Shown here: positions 33,397 to 45,038 of the stretch, one piece after another | Layout of the letters: every line of letters starts with the position of its first letter | Position numbering within the stretch: the stretch's first letter is position 1 | Assembly: GCA_963666215.2 (NCBI GenBank) | Contig: CAXWPL010000001.1 | Location: forward strand, 640,001-704,000 | DNA: 64,000 nt | Source of the DNA: Acidobacteriota bacterium | GTDB taxonomy: Bacteria > Acidobacteriota > UBA890 > WLXD01 | Reading direction: 5' to 3' | The notes under the pieces: model-generated | What the model was told of the DNA's origin: nothing | What the model saw: the letters and a program-made list of their open reading frames with translations, nothing else | Databases searched by the model: none | Translations under genes and position numbers: made by a program

Positions 33397-34317
33397 TCAT
33401 TCGGCGCTAATGTGACCGTTGCCGACGAGGTAGTGGATCTTGTACTCGCCGTCGTCGCCCAGGGCGGCCAGCAACAGATAGCTGCCGATCTGGATGGCGC
33501 TGCCGCCGTCGATCGTCAAGTCGTTCTGGTACCAACCACCGCTGCCTACCCAGCCGTCTCCCAGATCCACCTCTTCCACAGGATGAATGGTGAGCTGCGG
33601 CGAGCCCATCGCAATGGACTCCTCCATCTCGGCGGTAATCGCCTCGCGCCCGTGAGCCAAGGGCGCATCAGCGAAGCCAGCCACAGCACCGTCGGCGAAG
33701 GTGTCGGCCACCATCGAGGCGTGCCCCATGTTGAAGTGCGTGGAGTAGTAGTCGGCCAGGCTCGACAGCATGCCGTCGGCCAGGTCAGGGGGCGGCGGGT
33801 CGTCGTTGTCCACGACCTCGCGGCTTTCGTCCGCAGCGTCGTAGTTGGTCACCAACGCGCTGATCTTCCACGCGCCGTCGGCTTTCTGATAGAAGCCCAT
33901 CCAGTGACCCGTGGTGCTCGTGGGATCGGCGCCCTCGGGGGCGGCGTCGATCTGGTAGTTGCCAACGGCGGCCGCGCCATCGCCCATGACCCGCACGTCC
34001 GTGGTCTCCACACTGACCGTTGGCGACGCCGCCGCGATGTCAGCCTCGAGCCTGGCGGCTATATCCTCCCTGCCGTTCCGGACGTCGCCGTTCGCGGCCA
34101 GAAGGACTGCCTCGTCGGTGTAGAAATCGGCCACCATCGAGCCGTGACCCATGTTGAAGTGCAAGACGTAGTCGTCGCCGAGCGCCCGGATGGCGGCCTC
34201 GTCATCCATCGACTCCGCGACGGGAGCTGCGTCGGGCGCTTCGGCCTCGGGCTCAGCGGATCCGCCGCAAGCGAACGTCAACACACCAACGAGCAACAAA
34301 CTGAGAATGCGCTTCAT
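33397..34317 (-). CDS. Lipoprotein with two tandem NTF2/DUF4440-like domains
   Basis: Lipobox-like LTFAC; repeated HFNMGHxSMVAD. Confidence 0.8.
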   Translation of the reverse strand: MKRILSLLLVGVLTFACGGSAEPEAEAPDAAPVAESMDDEAAIRALGDDYVLHFNMGHGSMVADFYTDEAVLLAANGDVRNGREDIAARLEADIAAASPTVSVETTDVRVMGDGAAAVGNYQIDAAPEGADPTSTTGHWMGFYQKADGAWKISALVTNYDAADESREVVDNDDPPPPDLADGMLSSLADYYSTHFNMGHASMVADTFADGAVAGFADAPLAHGREAITAEMEESIAMGSPQLTIHPVEEVDLGDGWVGSGGWYQNDLTIDGGSAIQIGSYLLLAALGDDGEYKIHYLVGNGHISAE

Positions 34318-34555
34318 GGTCATCTCCTGGAGTTTGAAGCGAGGAGATTGGAATCGCGGGCGCCACCGTACGTCGACCGTCCAAGGAGATCAACCCCGGC
34401 ACGCAGGGCTCGCCGATCAGAATCTCTGCGACTCAGAGCACAGATTACCTCGAATCTCGCCATAACACGATCAGCACAACGGAAGACGGACCCGCGCCGC
34501 GGAGCTCGAGGCGCTTCAACGACCGGACTTGACCGGCGTCCTGGATCCCCGCCGG

Positions 34556-36274
34556 CTAGATGCTCGTTCCCGCTTTGAGCTTGCCGCGGTCGACCTTGCC
34601 GAGATGAGTCCGTGGCAGGTCATCCAGGAAGGTGACATCGCGCGGGTACTTGTAGGGCTCCAGGCAGGTGCGGACGTGCTCCTGGAGCTCTTCAACGAGT
34701 TGTGAGCCGGGCTGATGTGGGCCCGCCTCTGCGCCGTCAGCGGCGTCCGCGTCGGAGAGGACAACGAACGCGTGCGGCTTGACGAGACCGTCGACCGAAG
34801 GATCCTCCACCCCAACAACCGCGACCTCCTTCACCGCCGGGTGCTCGAGCAAGCAGCTCTCCACCTCGCCGGGTGACAGCCACTTGCCCGACACCTTGAG
34901 CATGTCGTCGCCGCGGCCGCAGTAGGTGAACACACCGTCGGCATCGCGCTTGACCATGTCGCCGGAGACGTACCACTCGCCGCGGAACGCCTCCATCGTG
35001 CGGTCCATCCGTTGCCAGTAGCCGATGGCCCGTGAGTTACCCGCGACCCAAAGCCAGCCAATCTCGCCGTGCGGCAGCTCGGCGCCGTCGTCGTCGCAAA
35101 CCTTCACGCGAAAACCCGTAACGACCTTACCGAGCGTCCCCGGAACAACGTCGCCGGGCCGGTTGGTGATGAAGACATGCCACTGCTCGGCGGTACCGAG
35201 TCCGTCGAGAAGCTCGACACCGAAAGCCTCGTCCCAGCGACGATGCAGCTCAGCCGGAAGAGCCTCGCCGGCCGACGTGGAAAGCCGCAACGAGCTCAGG
35301 TCCTGCTCGGCAACCAGCTCGTGGGCGAGCATCTTGTTGATCATCGTCGGAACGTTGATCAGAATCGTTGGCCGGTGACGGGCAATCTTGCTGAACAGCA
35401 CTTCGGGCGTGCAGCGTTCCGGGAACAGCACGGCCGAGGCGCCTACCGCGAAGGGGAAAAGGAGATTCGACCCTGTGGCGTAGCCGAAGAACAGTTTCGG
35501 CACCGAGAGGGTGATGTCGTCCTCGCTGTAACCCAACGTTTGCTTGGCGTAGCGCTCGGTGGTGTTGACGAACGAGTTGTGGCTCTGTACCACCGCCTTG
35601 GGCTTCCCCGTGGTGCCGCCGGAGAACAGCCAGATCGCGGCGTCGTCGCGGTGAGTCGGGAAACACTCGAGCGCATCCGAGGACGTTGCCAGCTCTTCGT
35701 TGAAGTCGGGATCCCCCACAACGAGCAAGCGCCGAAGGAAGCGCGCGGACGACCGTGTTCGATCGCTGGACGCGACGAGTATGCCGTCCGAGGGCTTGCC
35801 CGCGGACGTGGCGAGCTCGCCCAACATGCCCGGGTCGCTGGCTCGCGCCACGCTGGCGATCGACGACACCTCGGCCTCGGGTGTTGCTGCGATACCCGCC
35901 GCCTGGCGGAACGTGGTCGCGGCATCAATGTGCACGACGGCGGCGCGCGCGCGCGTCAGCTCGAGAAAGTAGGCGACGTTTTCGTCATTGAGGTCAGGAT
36001 TGACCATCACCACAACGGCGCCGATCTTGAGCGTCCCGAAGAAGGCTGCGACAAACTCGGCTGAGTCGGGGAGTGCGATGACCACCCGCTGTTCCGCCTG
36101 AACACCGGCCTCGCGCAGCAGATTCCCGAATCGATTGGCTTGCGCCTGCACCTCCGCGTAGGTGGTGTTGCCCTCGTCGGTTCTGAGAGCCACACGGTCG
36201 CCGCGGCCCTCGTCCACGTGGGCATCGAGGAAGTGCGCAGCAAGGTTCAGACGCTCGGGGATCTCGACTGTCAT
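34556..36274 (-). CDS. Benzoate/2-aminobenzoate-CoA ligase family protein
   Basis: FSGGTTGKPK, KLFFGYA, SAGEALP, DGLGTAE, GRGDDMLKVSG. Confidence 0.88.
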   Translation of the reverse strand: MTVEIPERLNLAAHFLDAHVDEGRGDRVALRTDEGNTTYAEVQAQANRFGNLLREAGVQAEQRVVIALPDSAEFVAAFFGTLKIGAVVVMVNPDLNDENVAYFLELTRARAAVVHIDAATTFRQAAGIAATPEAEVSSIASVARASDPGMLGELATSAGKPSDGILVASSDRTRSSARFLRRLLVVGDPDFNEELATSSDALECFPTHRDDAAIWLFSGGTTGKPKAVVQSHNSFVNTTERYAKQTLGYSEDDITLSVPKLFFGYATGSNLLFPFAVGASAVLFPERCTPEVLFSKIARHRPTILINVPTMINKMLAHELVAEQDLSSLRLSTSAGEALPAELHRRWDEAFGVELLDGLGTAEQWHVFITNRPGDVVPGTLGKVVTGFRVKVCDDDGAELPHGEIGWLWVAGNSRAIGYWQRMDRTMEAFRGEWYVSGDMVKRDADGVFTYCGRGDDMLKVSGKWLSPGEVESCLLEHPAVKEVAVVGVEDPSVDGLVKPHAFVVLSDADAADGAEAGPHQPGSQLVEELQEHVRTCLEPYKYPRDVTFLDDLPRTHLGKVDRGKLKAGTSI

Positions 36275-36489
36275 ATGGCGGACATTACCGAACCCCTTCG
36301 CGCTGCGACAAGCCGGGTTGTGTCACGACGTCTGGACGCACTGGCGACTCGCGACCCTTTCGGCGCCGTTCCGGCGCTTGCGGCGCGCCGTCGGCACAGT
36401 GCTGTCGCCGTACCGGCGAACGCGGCATCCTTGTCGCGCTGATCGCGCCCTCCGAAACCGAACGAAGAGACACGCACGAGGACCGAGTC

Positions 36490-38676
36490 GTGAGATCGAA
36501 GATCCCGGTGGGCCTGGCGTTGCTGCTGGCGGCCGGTTGGGTGCAGTCGCCCCAACGGCCTACCTTTCGTGCCGACGCACCCCTGGTGCGCGTCGACGTC
36601 ATCGTTTCCGACAGCGGCGGCGACTTCATCGACGACTTTCGACTGTACGAAGACGGTCAGCTCCAACGCCTCCTTTCGCTACAGCTGGTCGACGTCGAGC
36701 GAGGCGAGGTGACGGTGCGATCGTCGTCCACGTTCGGAGCGACGGCGCTCGCGGCAGAGCCGGTCGAGCTGGTCGAAACCGACGTCGCCGCGCTCTCGGC
36801 AATCGTGTACCTCATCGACGGTCCGACGCTCGATCCTACGGTCAAGGGACGCTTCGCCGATATCTGGGCCCGCGTCTTGGTGGAGACCGAGGACGCCACC
36901 CTGACGTCGCCGCGCGCCGTCTACATGATCGACTCGATCGGCCAGTTGCGCGAGATCACACCGCTGACACGCAATACCGAGGCCCTCCGCGCGAGCGGCC
37001 AGACCATCGCCGATCTGCCGCTGTCGGGCACGTCGCGAATGCAGCGACTCATCGAGGTTGCCGAGACCGCGAGCCAGAACAACGCACCGGCCATCGGGGG
37101 TGGCGGCGGCGGCTTGATGGGAGACGACCCGGGTCTGCGCCTCGCACAGATGAAAGCGCGCGCCTTCGAGGCCGAGGAGAGCTCGCGCAGCTTCCATTCC
37201 TTCGAAACGCTCGAGCGCTTCGCGAACTCGCTCTCGGCGCGCGGCGGCCGTACGGCGCTGGTGTGGGTGTCGTCGGGCGTCAAGATCACCCAGGGCGGAC
37301 CCTTTTTATCGGTGGTCGCCGTGGCCGCCGATCCGGCGGGAACCGGCCGCGCGATCCAGCGGCTCGGCGGCATCGCCCCAGATCAAGGTCTGCTATCGGC
37401 TCTCGAGCGAGTCCAGAAGGCCGCCAACAGCGCCAACGTGAGCATCTACGCAATCGACCCCAGCCTCCTCAACCAACGCCGTGGCCTCGAGTCCGACGCC
37501 AGCACGCAGAACACTTTCGGCCCCGCAGGCAGCGCGCTGGCGTCGCCGCTCGTTCGTGGAGCATTCGACGGCCTGCGCGACAGCATGCGCAACGCCGCCT
37601 CTGCCACCGGCGGCAAGGCATTGATCTCCTACACCGACCTGCGCTCGGCGTTCCGTGATATCGAACGCGATACCGGGCGTTTCTACCTGCTGGCCTACAC
37701 GCCGCCAGCACCGCATGGCGACGGCGTCTATCACGAGATCGACGTCGAGGTGGAGTTCGACGGAGCCGAGGTTCGCCATCGCGCCGGGTATTCGGACCTG
37801 GCGCTCGCCGACCGCCTGCAGAACCAAATCAACGCCGCGCTCGCCCTTCCTGGCACTGCCGACGGCCTCGGCATCGAGATCGACGTCGTGCGCTCCTGGC
37901 GCCCCAACGGCGCGGCAAACGTCATGCTGGCGCTCGGCCTGCGGCCTTCGGAGGCCGATTTCGCTATTGAGGAGGGCAACAACGGCGCCACCGAGTTGCG
38001 CTCGTTCCAGGTCAATGCGCTCGTTCTCGACGAGGACGGTGAGGTGATCGAGACGACGCAGCAACGCCACGAGCTGCGACGGCCGCGAGCGCGCCAGCAA
38101 GATCGTGGCAATACCGACGAAGCGAACGCTGCCAGCTCAGATCCACAGGACTCGGCGGACGAGCCCTACCTGGTGTACCGCTACGAGTGGACACTACCGC
38201 CCGGCGACTACGACATCCGGGTTGCCGCGCTGGACGAGATCTGAGGGCGCATCGGGGCGGCGAGCATCGGGTTCGACGTACCCGTCTCCGACGACAGCTG
38301 GCGGGTAAGCGACCTGGCGTTGATCAGCGGCGCCAACGCGGCGTCGCTACAGCCGGTGGTGAACGATCGCGCACCGGCCGGCGTGCCCCTGATTGCGTAT
38401 GTCGAGTTGATCGGCGGAGTCCAGCCGATCCTCTCGGGACGTCTGATGTCGAAGGAACAGGTTGCGCTCGGCGGCGACCAAGAAGGCGCGGACCTGGGGG
38501 CGCGACTGCCCGCTACGCGGATGCGGCGCGACACCGAGGGAGTGTTCCGCGGCACGATGGCGCTGCCTCCGTACCTTCCGGCGGGCGAGTACCTGCTGCA
38601 GGTTCAAGTCACCGATCCAGTCGCCAACCGTCACCACATCTTCCGCCGCGAGCTCCAGCTCCTCGACCACCGCTAG
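36490..38676 (+). pseudogene. Acidobacterial-type VWA-domain protein with an in-frame TGA
   Basis: PTFRAD..LVRVDV, TALVWVSSG, ATGG, YLLAYTP; TGA at 38242-38244 (DEI*GRIG), then the same frame stays open to 38676. Confidence 0.7.
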
Positions 38677-38721
38677 TGAGAGCGTCGTGGCGGAGCTCGT
38701 GGCGGCCGTATAATCGCCGCC

Positions 38722-39540
38722 ATGCCGATCGAGCGACTTGCCGAGATGACGTGGGAAGAGGTGAGCGACCTCGATGGCGCGCGATCGGTGGCAATTCTGC
38801 CGTTGGGCGCCATCGAAGCTCACGGGCCGCACCTGCCGCTGAGCACCGACGTCGTGATTGGCGAGGCGATGGCTCGGAGCGGTGCCGAGAAGCTCGCCGA
38901 GGCCGGGCTGACGCCGATTCTGCTTCCCGCCCTGCCCTACACAACGGCGGGGTTCGCGGCGGCGTTCCCTGGAACGATTACGGTGGGATCGCGAGTCGTC
39001 TGCGACCTGATTGTGGAGATCGCGCGGAGCCTTGGCCGTGCCGACGTAGGCACGTTGGCACTGGCGAATGTTCATCTCGACCCGGTTCACCTGGGCGCCC
39101 TGCGCGGTGCCGTGTCGGAGATCCGCGCGGCGGAGCTGCTCAAGATCGTGTACCCCGACATCACGCGTAAGCCGTGGGCACTGCGCCTGAGCGACGAGTT
39201 CAAGAGCGGCGCCTGTCACGCGGGGTGTTACGAGGGCTCGGTGATGATGGCCGAGCGCCGCGAGCTCGTGCGCGAGGAAATCCAGGCGGTTCTGCCCGAC
39301 AATCCAGCCTCGCTCTCCGAAGCCATCGTTGCCGGCAAAACCTCGTTCAAGGCGGCGGGAGGACCGCAGGCGTATTTCGGCTATCCCGCCAACGCGACCG
39401 CCGAGGAGGGCGCCGCAACGGTGGAGATCCTCGGCGGCATCCTCAGCGAGGCGGTGCTGCAACGCCTCAGGCTATGGGAGCCCGACCTCGACTCAGGTTC
39501 CGTGCCCACGGATGTCGGCATGGCGAGGCCAGGCGCATGA
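38722..39540 (+). CDS. Creatininase-family amidohydrolase
   Basis: EMTWEE, PLGAIEAHGPHLPLSTD, HAGCYEGS, ATAEEG. Confidence 0.9.
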   Translation: MPIERLAEMTWEEVSDLDGARSVAILPLGAIEAHGPHLPLSTDVVIGEAMARSGAEKLAEAGLTPILLPALPYTTAGFAAAFPGTITVGSRVVCDLIVEIARSLGRADVGTLALANVHLDPVHLGALRGAVSEIRAAELLKIVYPDITRKPWALRLSDEFKSGACHAGCYEGSVMMAERRELVREEIQAVLPDNPASLSEAIVAGKTSFKAAGGPQAYFGYPANATAEEGAATVEILGGILSEAVLQRLRLWEPDLDSGSVPTDVGMARPGA

Positions 39541-40325
39541 ATACCCTACTGACGCTCGACGGGAAGACGGCGGTCGTCACGGGTGGCGGACGCGGCATCG
39601 GAGCCGCGATCGCCCGGGCGCTCGGAGCAGCCGGCGCGGCCGTCGTCGTAGCGGCGCGCAGCGAGAACGAGATCGACGGCGTGGCGACCGAGTTACGAGC
39701 GCTAGGAGTGCAAGCGTGGCCGGTGCCCGTAGATGTGACCGATCCCGACAGCGTCACCAAGCTGACGAGCGCCGCGATCGACCGCATGGGCCGGGTGGAC
39801 GTGCTGGTCAACAACGCCGGCGTCGTCAAGTCGGCTCCCCTCCACAGCCAGTCGCTGGAAGACTGGAACCGTGTCATCGCGGTGAACGCCACCGGAACGT
39901 TCCTGTGCACGCAGTCGATGGTCGCAGGCATGGTGGAAAGCGGCTGGGGCCGCGTCGTCAATATCGCCTCGGTCACCTCGAAAGTCGGCGCCCGATACAT
40001 CAGCGCCTATGCCGCCTCGAAGCACGCGGTGCTCGGGTTCACCCGCAGCATCGCGCTCGAGCTCGCCGACAAAGGTGTAACGGTCAACGCTATCTGTCCC
40101 GGCTATGTCGACACCGACATGACGACGGCTTCGCTGGCGCGAATCGAAAAGAAGACCGGCCAGGGCAGCGAACAAGCTCTCGCGATGATCCTCGCTGGCT
40201 CACCACAGGGCAGACTCATCGAACCCGACGAAATCGCACACTTGGTGCTCGCGCTCTGCGATCACAACGCCAGGGGCATCACCGGTCAGGCGATCGTCAT
40301 CGACGGCGGCGAGGTGCAAACATGA
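39537..40325 (+). CDS. SDR (3-hydroxyacyl-CoA dehydrogenase-like)
   Basis: TGGGRGIG, NNAG, YAASKH; ATGA overlap. Confidence 0.9.
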   Translation: MNTLLTLDGKTAVVTGGGRGIGAAIARALGAAGAAVVVAARSENEIDGVATELRALGVQAWPVPVDVTDPDSVTKLTSAAIDRMGRVDVLVNNAGVVKSAPLHSQSLEDWNRVIAVNATGTFLCTQSMVAGMVESGWGRVVNIASVTSKVGARYISAYAASKHAVLGFTRSIALELADKGVTVNAICPGYVDTDMTTASLARIEKKTGQGSEQALAMILAGSPQGRLIEPDEIAHLVLALCDHNARGITGQAIVIDGGEVQT

Positions 40326-40774
40326 GCTCGAGCTACCGCGTCATCAACCCCGAGGAGCTCGGTGCCCCGAGCGGTTGGAACAACGGCATGCTGGCGGCGC
40401 CTGGCGGCAGCGTGCTGTTCATCGCCGGGCAAACCGCACGGGGCGCCTCCGGACGCGTTGAACCGGTCGGCTTTGTCGAGCAGTTCGGCCGCGCCCTCGA
40501 CAACATCCTGGTGGTACTGCGCGATGCTGGAGGCACGCCGGTCGATGTCGGGAGGATGACGATCTACGTAACCGACCTCGACGCCTACCTCGACTCACTG
40601 CGCGAGCTCGGCGGCGTCTACCGCGAGCGCATGGGCCGACACTACCCGGCAATGGCACTCGTGGAGGTCTCGCGACTGGTCGACCCGGCGGCGCTGGTGG
40701 AGATCGAAGCCACGGCAGTGCTGCCAATGCCCGTCGACTTGACCGATCGTGGAGGTCACGCGCAGCTCGTCTGA
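40322..40774 (+). CDS. RidA/YjgF-family protein
   Basis: LFIAGQ, HYPAMALVEV, LVEIEATA. Confidence 0.9.
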   Translation: MSSSYRVINPEELGAPSGWNNGMLAAPGGSVLFIAGQTARGASGRVEPVGFVEQFGRALDNILVVLRDAGGTPVDVGRMTIYVTDLDAYLDSLRELGGVYRERMGRHYPAMALVEVSRLVDPAALVEIEATAVLPMPVDLTDRGGHAQLV

Positions 40775-40852
40775 CGAACGGCTGAACACCCCAACCCGTG
40801 CCAGGCGGTCGCACTCTCCTTCGAGAAAACCAAAGCGAGCCGAACCCACACC

Positions 40853-41653
40853 ATGCCAATCGAGCCGAAGAGCTTTCTGTGGAGCGCCGACCCCGAAACC
40901 GGCGTCGCCACACTGATTCTCAATCGACCCGAGCGGCTCAACGCGCTGACGTTCGAAGTCTACGGCGAGCTGCTCCACACATTCCTGGCGCTGCCCGAGG
41001 AAACCGACGTCCGAGCCGTGGTGATCACCGGCCAGGGCAAGGCGTTCTGCTCGGGTGGCGACGTGCGAGACATCATCGGGCCGCTCTTGGAGGCCGACTT
41101 CGACAGATTGCACGACTTCACTCGCATGACGTGCGATCTGATTGGCGCCATACGGAGATGTGGCAAGCCCGTGATCGCGGCGCTCAACGGCACGGTTGCC
41201 GGCGCGGGAGCAGTCATCGCCACCGCGTGCGACATCCGTATCGCGGCGACCTCGGCGCGTATCGCGTTCCTGTTCACCAAGGTCGGGCTATCCGGCGCAG
41301 ATATGGGCGTTGCCTGGCTGCTGCCGCGCCTCGTGGGACTGGGTCGCGCCACGGAGTTACTCATGACGGGCAGCTTCATCGACGCCGCCGAGGCTCACCG
41401 AATTGGTCTCTACAACCAGGTCGTCGACGACGGGCACGTGCTTGATGTTGCGCTGTCGCTGGCGGAGTCACTGGCCCGCGGCCCGGCGGGCGCGCTGGCT
41501 GTGACCAAGCGCCAGCTCGACGCAGAGGCCGACCAGAGCCTCGAGCAAGCTCTCGTCGACGAGGCCCGGGAGCAGGCAGTCTGCATGCTGAGCCCCGACT
41601 TTCGCGAGGCCTACCAGGCGTTTGTCGACAAGCGCGAGCCGCGCTTCGAGTGA
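40853..41653 (+). CDS. Enoyl-CoA hydratase-family protein
   Basis: [25 protein letters not shown]. Confidence 0.92.
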   Translation: MPIEPKSFLWSADPETGVATLILNRPERLNALTFEVYGELLHTFLALPEETDVRAVVITGQGKAFCSGGDVRDIIGPLLEADFDRLHDFTRMTCDLIGAIRRCGKPVIAALNGTVAGAGAVIATACDIRIAATSARIAFLFTKVGLSGADMGVAWLLPRLVGLGRATELLMTGSFIDAAEAHRIGLYNQVVDDGHVLDVALSLAESLARGPAGALAVTKRQLDAEADQSLEQALVDEAREQAVCMLSPDFREAYQAFVDKREPRFE

Positions 41654-44109
41654 GTCGGCCACTGCGCATCGTTTGCGTGGGCGCAGGTCCCGCAGGGCTG
41701 TACTTCGCCTTGCTCATGAAAAAGGCGAACCCGGCCCATCAGGTCACCGTTCTCGAACGCAATCGACTCGAGGACACCTTCGGTTTCGGTGTGGTCTTCT
41801 CCGACGCCACGATGGGCAATCTCACCGACGCCGACCCGGAGAGCTGCGCCGCAATCCGCGAGGCCTTCTTCCATTGGGACGACATCAACATCCACTACCG
41901 CGGTCAGGTGCTTGCGTCCACGGGCCACGGGTTCGCTGGACTGTCGCGGGTGCGGCTGCTGACGATCCTCGCCGAGCGCGCTCTCGAGCTCGGGGTGGAA
42001 CTGAAGTTCGAGATTGAAATCGATCGACTCGACGGATCGCTGGACGATTCGGACGACAACGTCGGCGGCGAGCTGCTGCGAGCCGCCGACCTCATTGTTG
42101 GTGCCGACGGCGCCAACAGCACGGTGCGCGACCGACTCGCCGACACCTTCGAGCCGAGCATCGACTGGCGGCCCGACCGCTTCGTGTGGCTCGGTACGTC
42201 GTGCCCGTTCCCGGCCTTCACCTTCGACTTCCGCGACGACGAACACGGTCTCTGGCGGCTGCATGCCTACCAGTACGACGGCGAATTCTCGACCTTCATC
42301 GTCGAGACAACCGAAAAGGCCCTGCGGGCGGCGGGCCTTACCGACGACGACGAGGCGGCTACGATCGAGTACTGCGAGCGGCTGTTCGCCGAGCGTCTTG
42401 GCGGACACCGCCTGGTGGCAAATCGTTCGATCTGGCGTCGTTTCCCGACCATCAAGAACACCCGCTGGTCGTGCGGCAACGTCGTGCTGATGGGCGACGC
42501 CGCTCACACGGCACACTACTCGATCGGTTCGGGCACGAAGCTGGCGATGGAAGACGCGATCTCGCTGGCGGAGCACCTGCGCGACATCGAGCTGCCGGCG
42601 CCTCCGGCGGCCAGGGCCACGCCTCCCGAGCTCACCGCCGCTCTCGAAGCCTACACTCGCGAGCGCATACCACTCGTCGAGAGCCTTCAACGCGCGGCGC
42701 AGGCCAGCCTGCAATGGTTCGAGAGCACGCACCGCTACATGGGAACCGAACCGATCCAGTTTGGATTCAACCTGCTGACCCGCAGCTTGCGGATTACCCA
42801 CGAGGATCTGCGGCTACGCGACCCGGAGTATGTCGACAGGATCGACCACAGCTTCGCCGAGAGCGCCGCAGCCCAAAGTGGGGTCCCCGTTGGCGACATG
42901 GCGGCGTTGCCGTGGCGCCTGTCGCCGCGCATCACGCGACCCGAGCCCGAGCGTCGTGATTCGGAACCAGACTCCAGAAAGCGCTCGCAAGCGGCCAGCT
43001 CTTCTGAAGGCGGCCGTGCAGCAATCCCTCCGCCCATGTTCACACCTTTCCGACTGCGCGACATGCTGCTGGCGAATCGCGTCGTGGTGTCGGCAATGTG
43101 CCAGTACCTCGCCAACGACGGCACCCCCGATGATTGGCACTTCGTGCACCTCGGTTCGCGCGCCGTTGGCGGCGCCGGGCTGGTGATGACCGAAATGACC
43201 GACATCTCGCCGACGGCGCGCATCACACCCGGCTGCGCGGGGATGTACGCAGCCGAGCACGTCAACGCGTGGAAGCGCATCGTCGATTTCGCGCACAGCA
43301 ACAGCTACGCCAAGGTGGGCTTGCAGCTGGCGCACGCCGGTCGCAAAGGCTCGACGCGGCTCGTCTGGGAAGGCATCGATGAGCCGCTCGAACGAGGGGG
43401 CTGGCCGCTGCTGGCGGCATCAGCAATTCCGTGGTTTGAGCGTAGCCCCGTGCCCAAGGCGATGGAGCGCTCCGATATGGATGGTGTGCGAGACGACTTC
43501 GTGCGCGCTGCCGAAATGGCCGACGCGGCCGGCTTCGACCTCATCGAGTTGCACTTCGCGCACGGCTACCTGCTGTCGAGCTTCATTTCGCCACTGACGA
43601 ACCAACGCGACGACGAGTACGGCGGCTCCGTGGAGAACCGCATGCGATTCCCGCTCGAGATTCTCGACTCGGTGAGATCTTCCTGGCCAACCGGAAAGCC
43701 GATCTCGGTCCGCATCTCGGCAGTCGACTGGGCGCCCGACGGCCTGCGGCCGGAGGACGCGGTAGAAATCGGGCGGATGCTGAAGGAGCATGCGTGCGAC
43801 ATCGTCGACGTGTCCGCGGGACAGACGGTTCCGCACGCGAAACCGGTGTATGGACGCCAGTTCCAGACGCCGTTCGCCGACCGGATCCGCCACGAGGCGG
43901 GCATCGCGACCATGGCCGTGGGAAATATCTCTTCGTACATGGACGTCAACACCATTCTGGCGTCGGGACGGGCCGATCTTTGCGCCCTCGCCAGGGCTCA
44001 TCTTTGGGACCCGTACTGGATCCACAACGCAGCCCAAAAGCTAGGCTACTCGCTTCCCTGGCCCGATCCCTACTCGGTGCTCGACAACTACACGCCACGC
44101 TTCGAGTAG
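41650..44109 (+). CDS. abmA: Anthraniloyl-CoA monooxygenase/reductase (FAD monooxygenase plus OYE fusion)
   Basis: [37 protein letters not shown]; C-terminal OYE domain QLAHAGRK and HFAHGYLL. Confidence 0.9.
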   Translation: MSRPLRIVCVGAGPAGLYFALLMKKANPAHQVTVLERNRLEDTFGFGVVFSDATMGNLTDADPESCAAIREAFFHWDDINIHYRGQVLASTGHGFAGLSRVRLLTILAERALELGVELKFEIEIDRLDGSLDDSDDNVGGELLRAADLIVGADGANSTVRDRLADTFEPSIDWRPDRFVWLGTSCPFPAFTFDFRDDEHGLWRLHAYQYDGEFSTFIVETTEKALRAAGLTDDDEAATIEYCERLFAERLGGHRLVANRSIWRRFPTIKNTRWSCGNVVLMGDAAHTAHYSIGSGTKLAMEDAISLAEHLRDIELPAPPAARATPPELTAALEAYTRERIPLVESLQRAAQASLQWFESTHRYMGTEPIQFGFNLLTRSLRITHEDLRLRDPEYVDRIDHSFAESAAAQSGVPVGDMAALPWRLSPRITRPEPERRDSEPDSRKRSQAASSSEGGRAAIPPPMFTPFRLRDMLLANRVVVSAMCQYLANDGTPDDWHFVHLGSRAVGGAGLVMTEMTDISPTARITPGCAGMYAAEHVNAWKRIVDFAHSNSYAKVGLQLAHAGRKGSTRLVWEGIDEPLERGGWPLLAASAIPWFERSPVPKAMERSDMDGVRDDFVRAAEMADAAGFDLIELHFAHGYLLSSFISPLTNQRDDEYGGSVENRMRFPLEILDSVRSSWPTGKPISVRISAVDWAPDGLRPEDAVEIGRMLKEHACDIVDVSAGQTVPHAKPVYGRQFQTPFADRIRHEAGIATMAVGNISSYMDVNTILASGRADLCALARAHLWDPYWIHNAAQKLGYSLPWPDPYSVLDNYTPRFE

Positions 44110-44182
44110 CGTTACATTGCACGCGCGCGGACTCGCCGGCGCACTCGCCCACCCGCAGGGTCGAAACGATCAAGGAATAGAC

Positions 44183-44995
44183 ATGGGCCGGACGCGGACC
44201 TACTCCGAGTACTTGAAGCTCGACGAGTTGCTGTCTCTGCAGGTGCAGTCCGGCAAGCCTGACGAGCCGGATGACCCCGCCGCCCCCGAGCACGACGAGA
44301 TGCTGTTCATCGTCATCCACCAGGTGTACGAGCTGTGGTTCAAGGAGATCCTCCACGAGCTCGACTATCTGTCGCACTCGTTCCACGACAAGCGAACGCC
44401 CACGGCGCTGCACACGCTCAAGCGCGTCCTCACGATCCTCAAGACACTGGTGGGTCAAATCGACGTCCTCGAAACCATGACGCCGCTGCAGTTCACCAGC
44501 TTCCGAGACCGGCTCGCGTCAGCCTCGGGCTTCGAGTCGGCGCAGTTCCGCGAGCTCGAGTTCGTTCTCGGCCACAAGCGGCTGGAAGCGATCGAGCGGT
44601 TTCCTCGCGAGAGCCCGGCACGCGCGACACTCGAGCGCAGATACGGCGAGCCGAGCCTGTGGAACGCCTTCCTCAACTACCTCGCCAACCACGGCTACGA
44701 GCTTCCCGCCGAGGTCCTGGCGCGCGACGTCACCGAGCCGACGGCAGAATCGGCAGCGGTGCAAGCCGTGCTGATTGACGTATATCGCAACAACTCGACG
44801 CTGGCGCAGGTTTGCGAGCGGCTCGTCGACATGGACGAGGGTATTCAAGAGTGGCGCTACCGCCACATCAAGATGGTGCAGCGGACGATTGGCACCAAGC
44901 ACGGAACCGGCGGCAGCTCGGGGGCGGCCTACCTGCAAACCACGCTGTTCAAAGCGCTCTTCCCCGACCTGTGGGCAATTCGGGCGGAACTCTAG
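44183..44995 (+). CDS. kynA: Tryptophan 2,3-dioxygenase
   Basis: YSEYLKLDELL, HDEMLFIVIHQVYELWFK, SASGFESAQFR, GTGGSSG. Confidence 0.95.
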   Translation: MGRTRTYSEYLKLDELLSLQVQSGKPDEPDDPAAPEHDEMLFIVIHQVYELWFKEILHELDYLSHSFHDKRTPTALHTLKRVLTILKTLVGQIDVLETMTPLQFTSFRDRLASASGFESAQFRELEFVLGHKRLEAIERFPRESPARATLERRYGEPSLWNAFLNYLANHGYELPAEVLARDVTEPTAESAAVQAVLIDVYRNNSTLAQVCERLVDMDEGIQEWRYRHIKMVQRTIGTKHGTGGSSGAAYLQTTLFKALFPDLWAIRAEL

Positions 44996-45038
44996 CGTTG
45001 CCGCCCGTGCGGCGACGGCGCGGCAGCGAGCCGATCGA

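Noticed and set aside
32296-38244. In-frame TGAs as selenocysteine or genetic-code reassignment
   Set aside because: Contexts imply Trp and Ser rather than Cys, and TGA is the normal stop for many genes here, including ATGA overlaps
35750-43020. In-frame low-complexity insertions in the CoA ligase and the AbmA linker as mobile repeats or inteins
   Set aside because: No shared sequence, palindromes or intein motifs; probably variable loops
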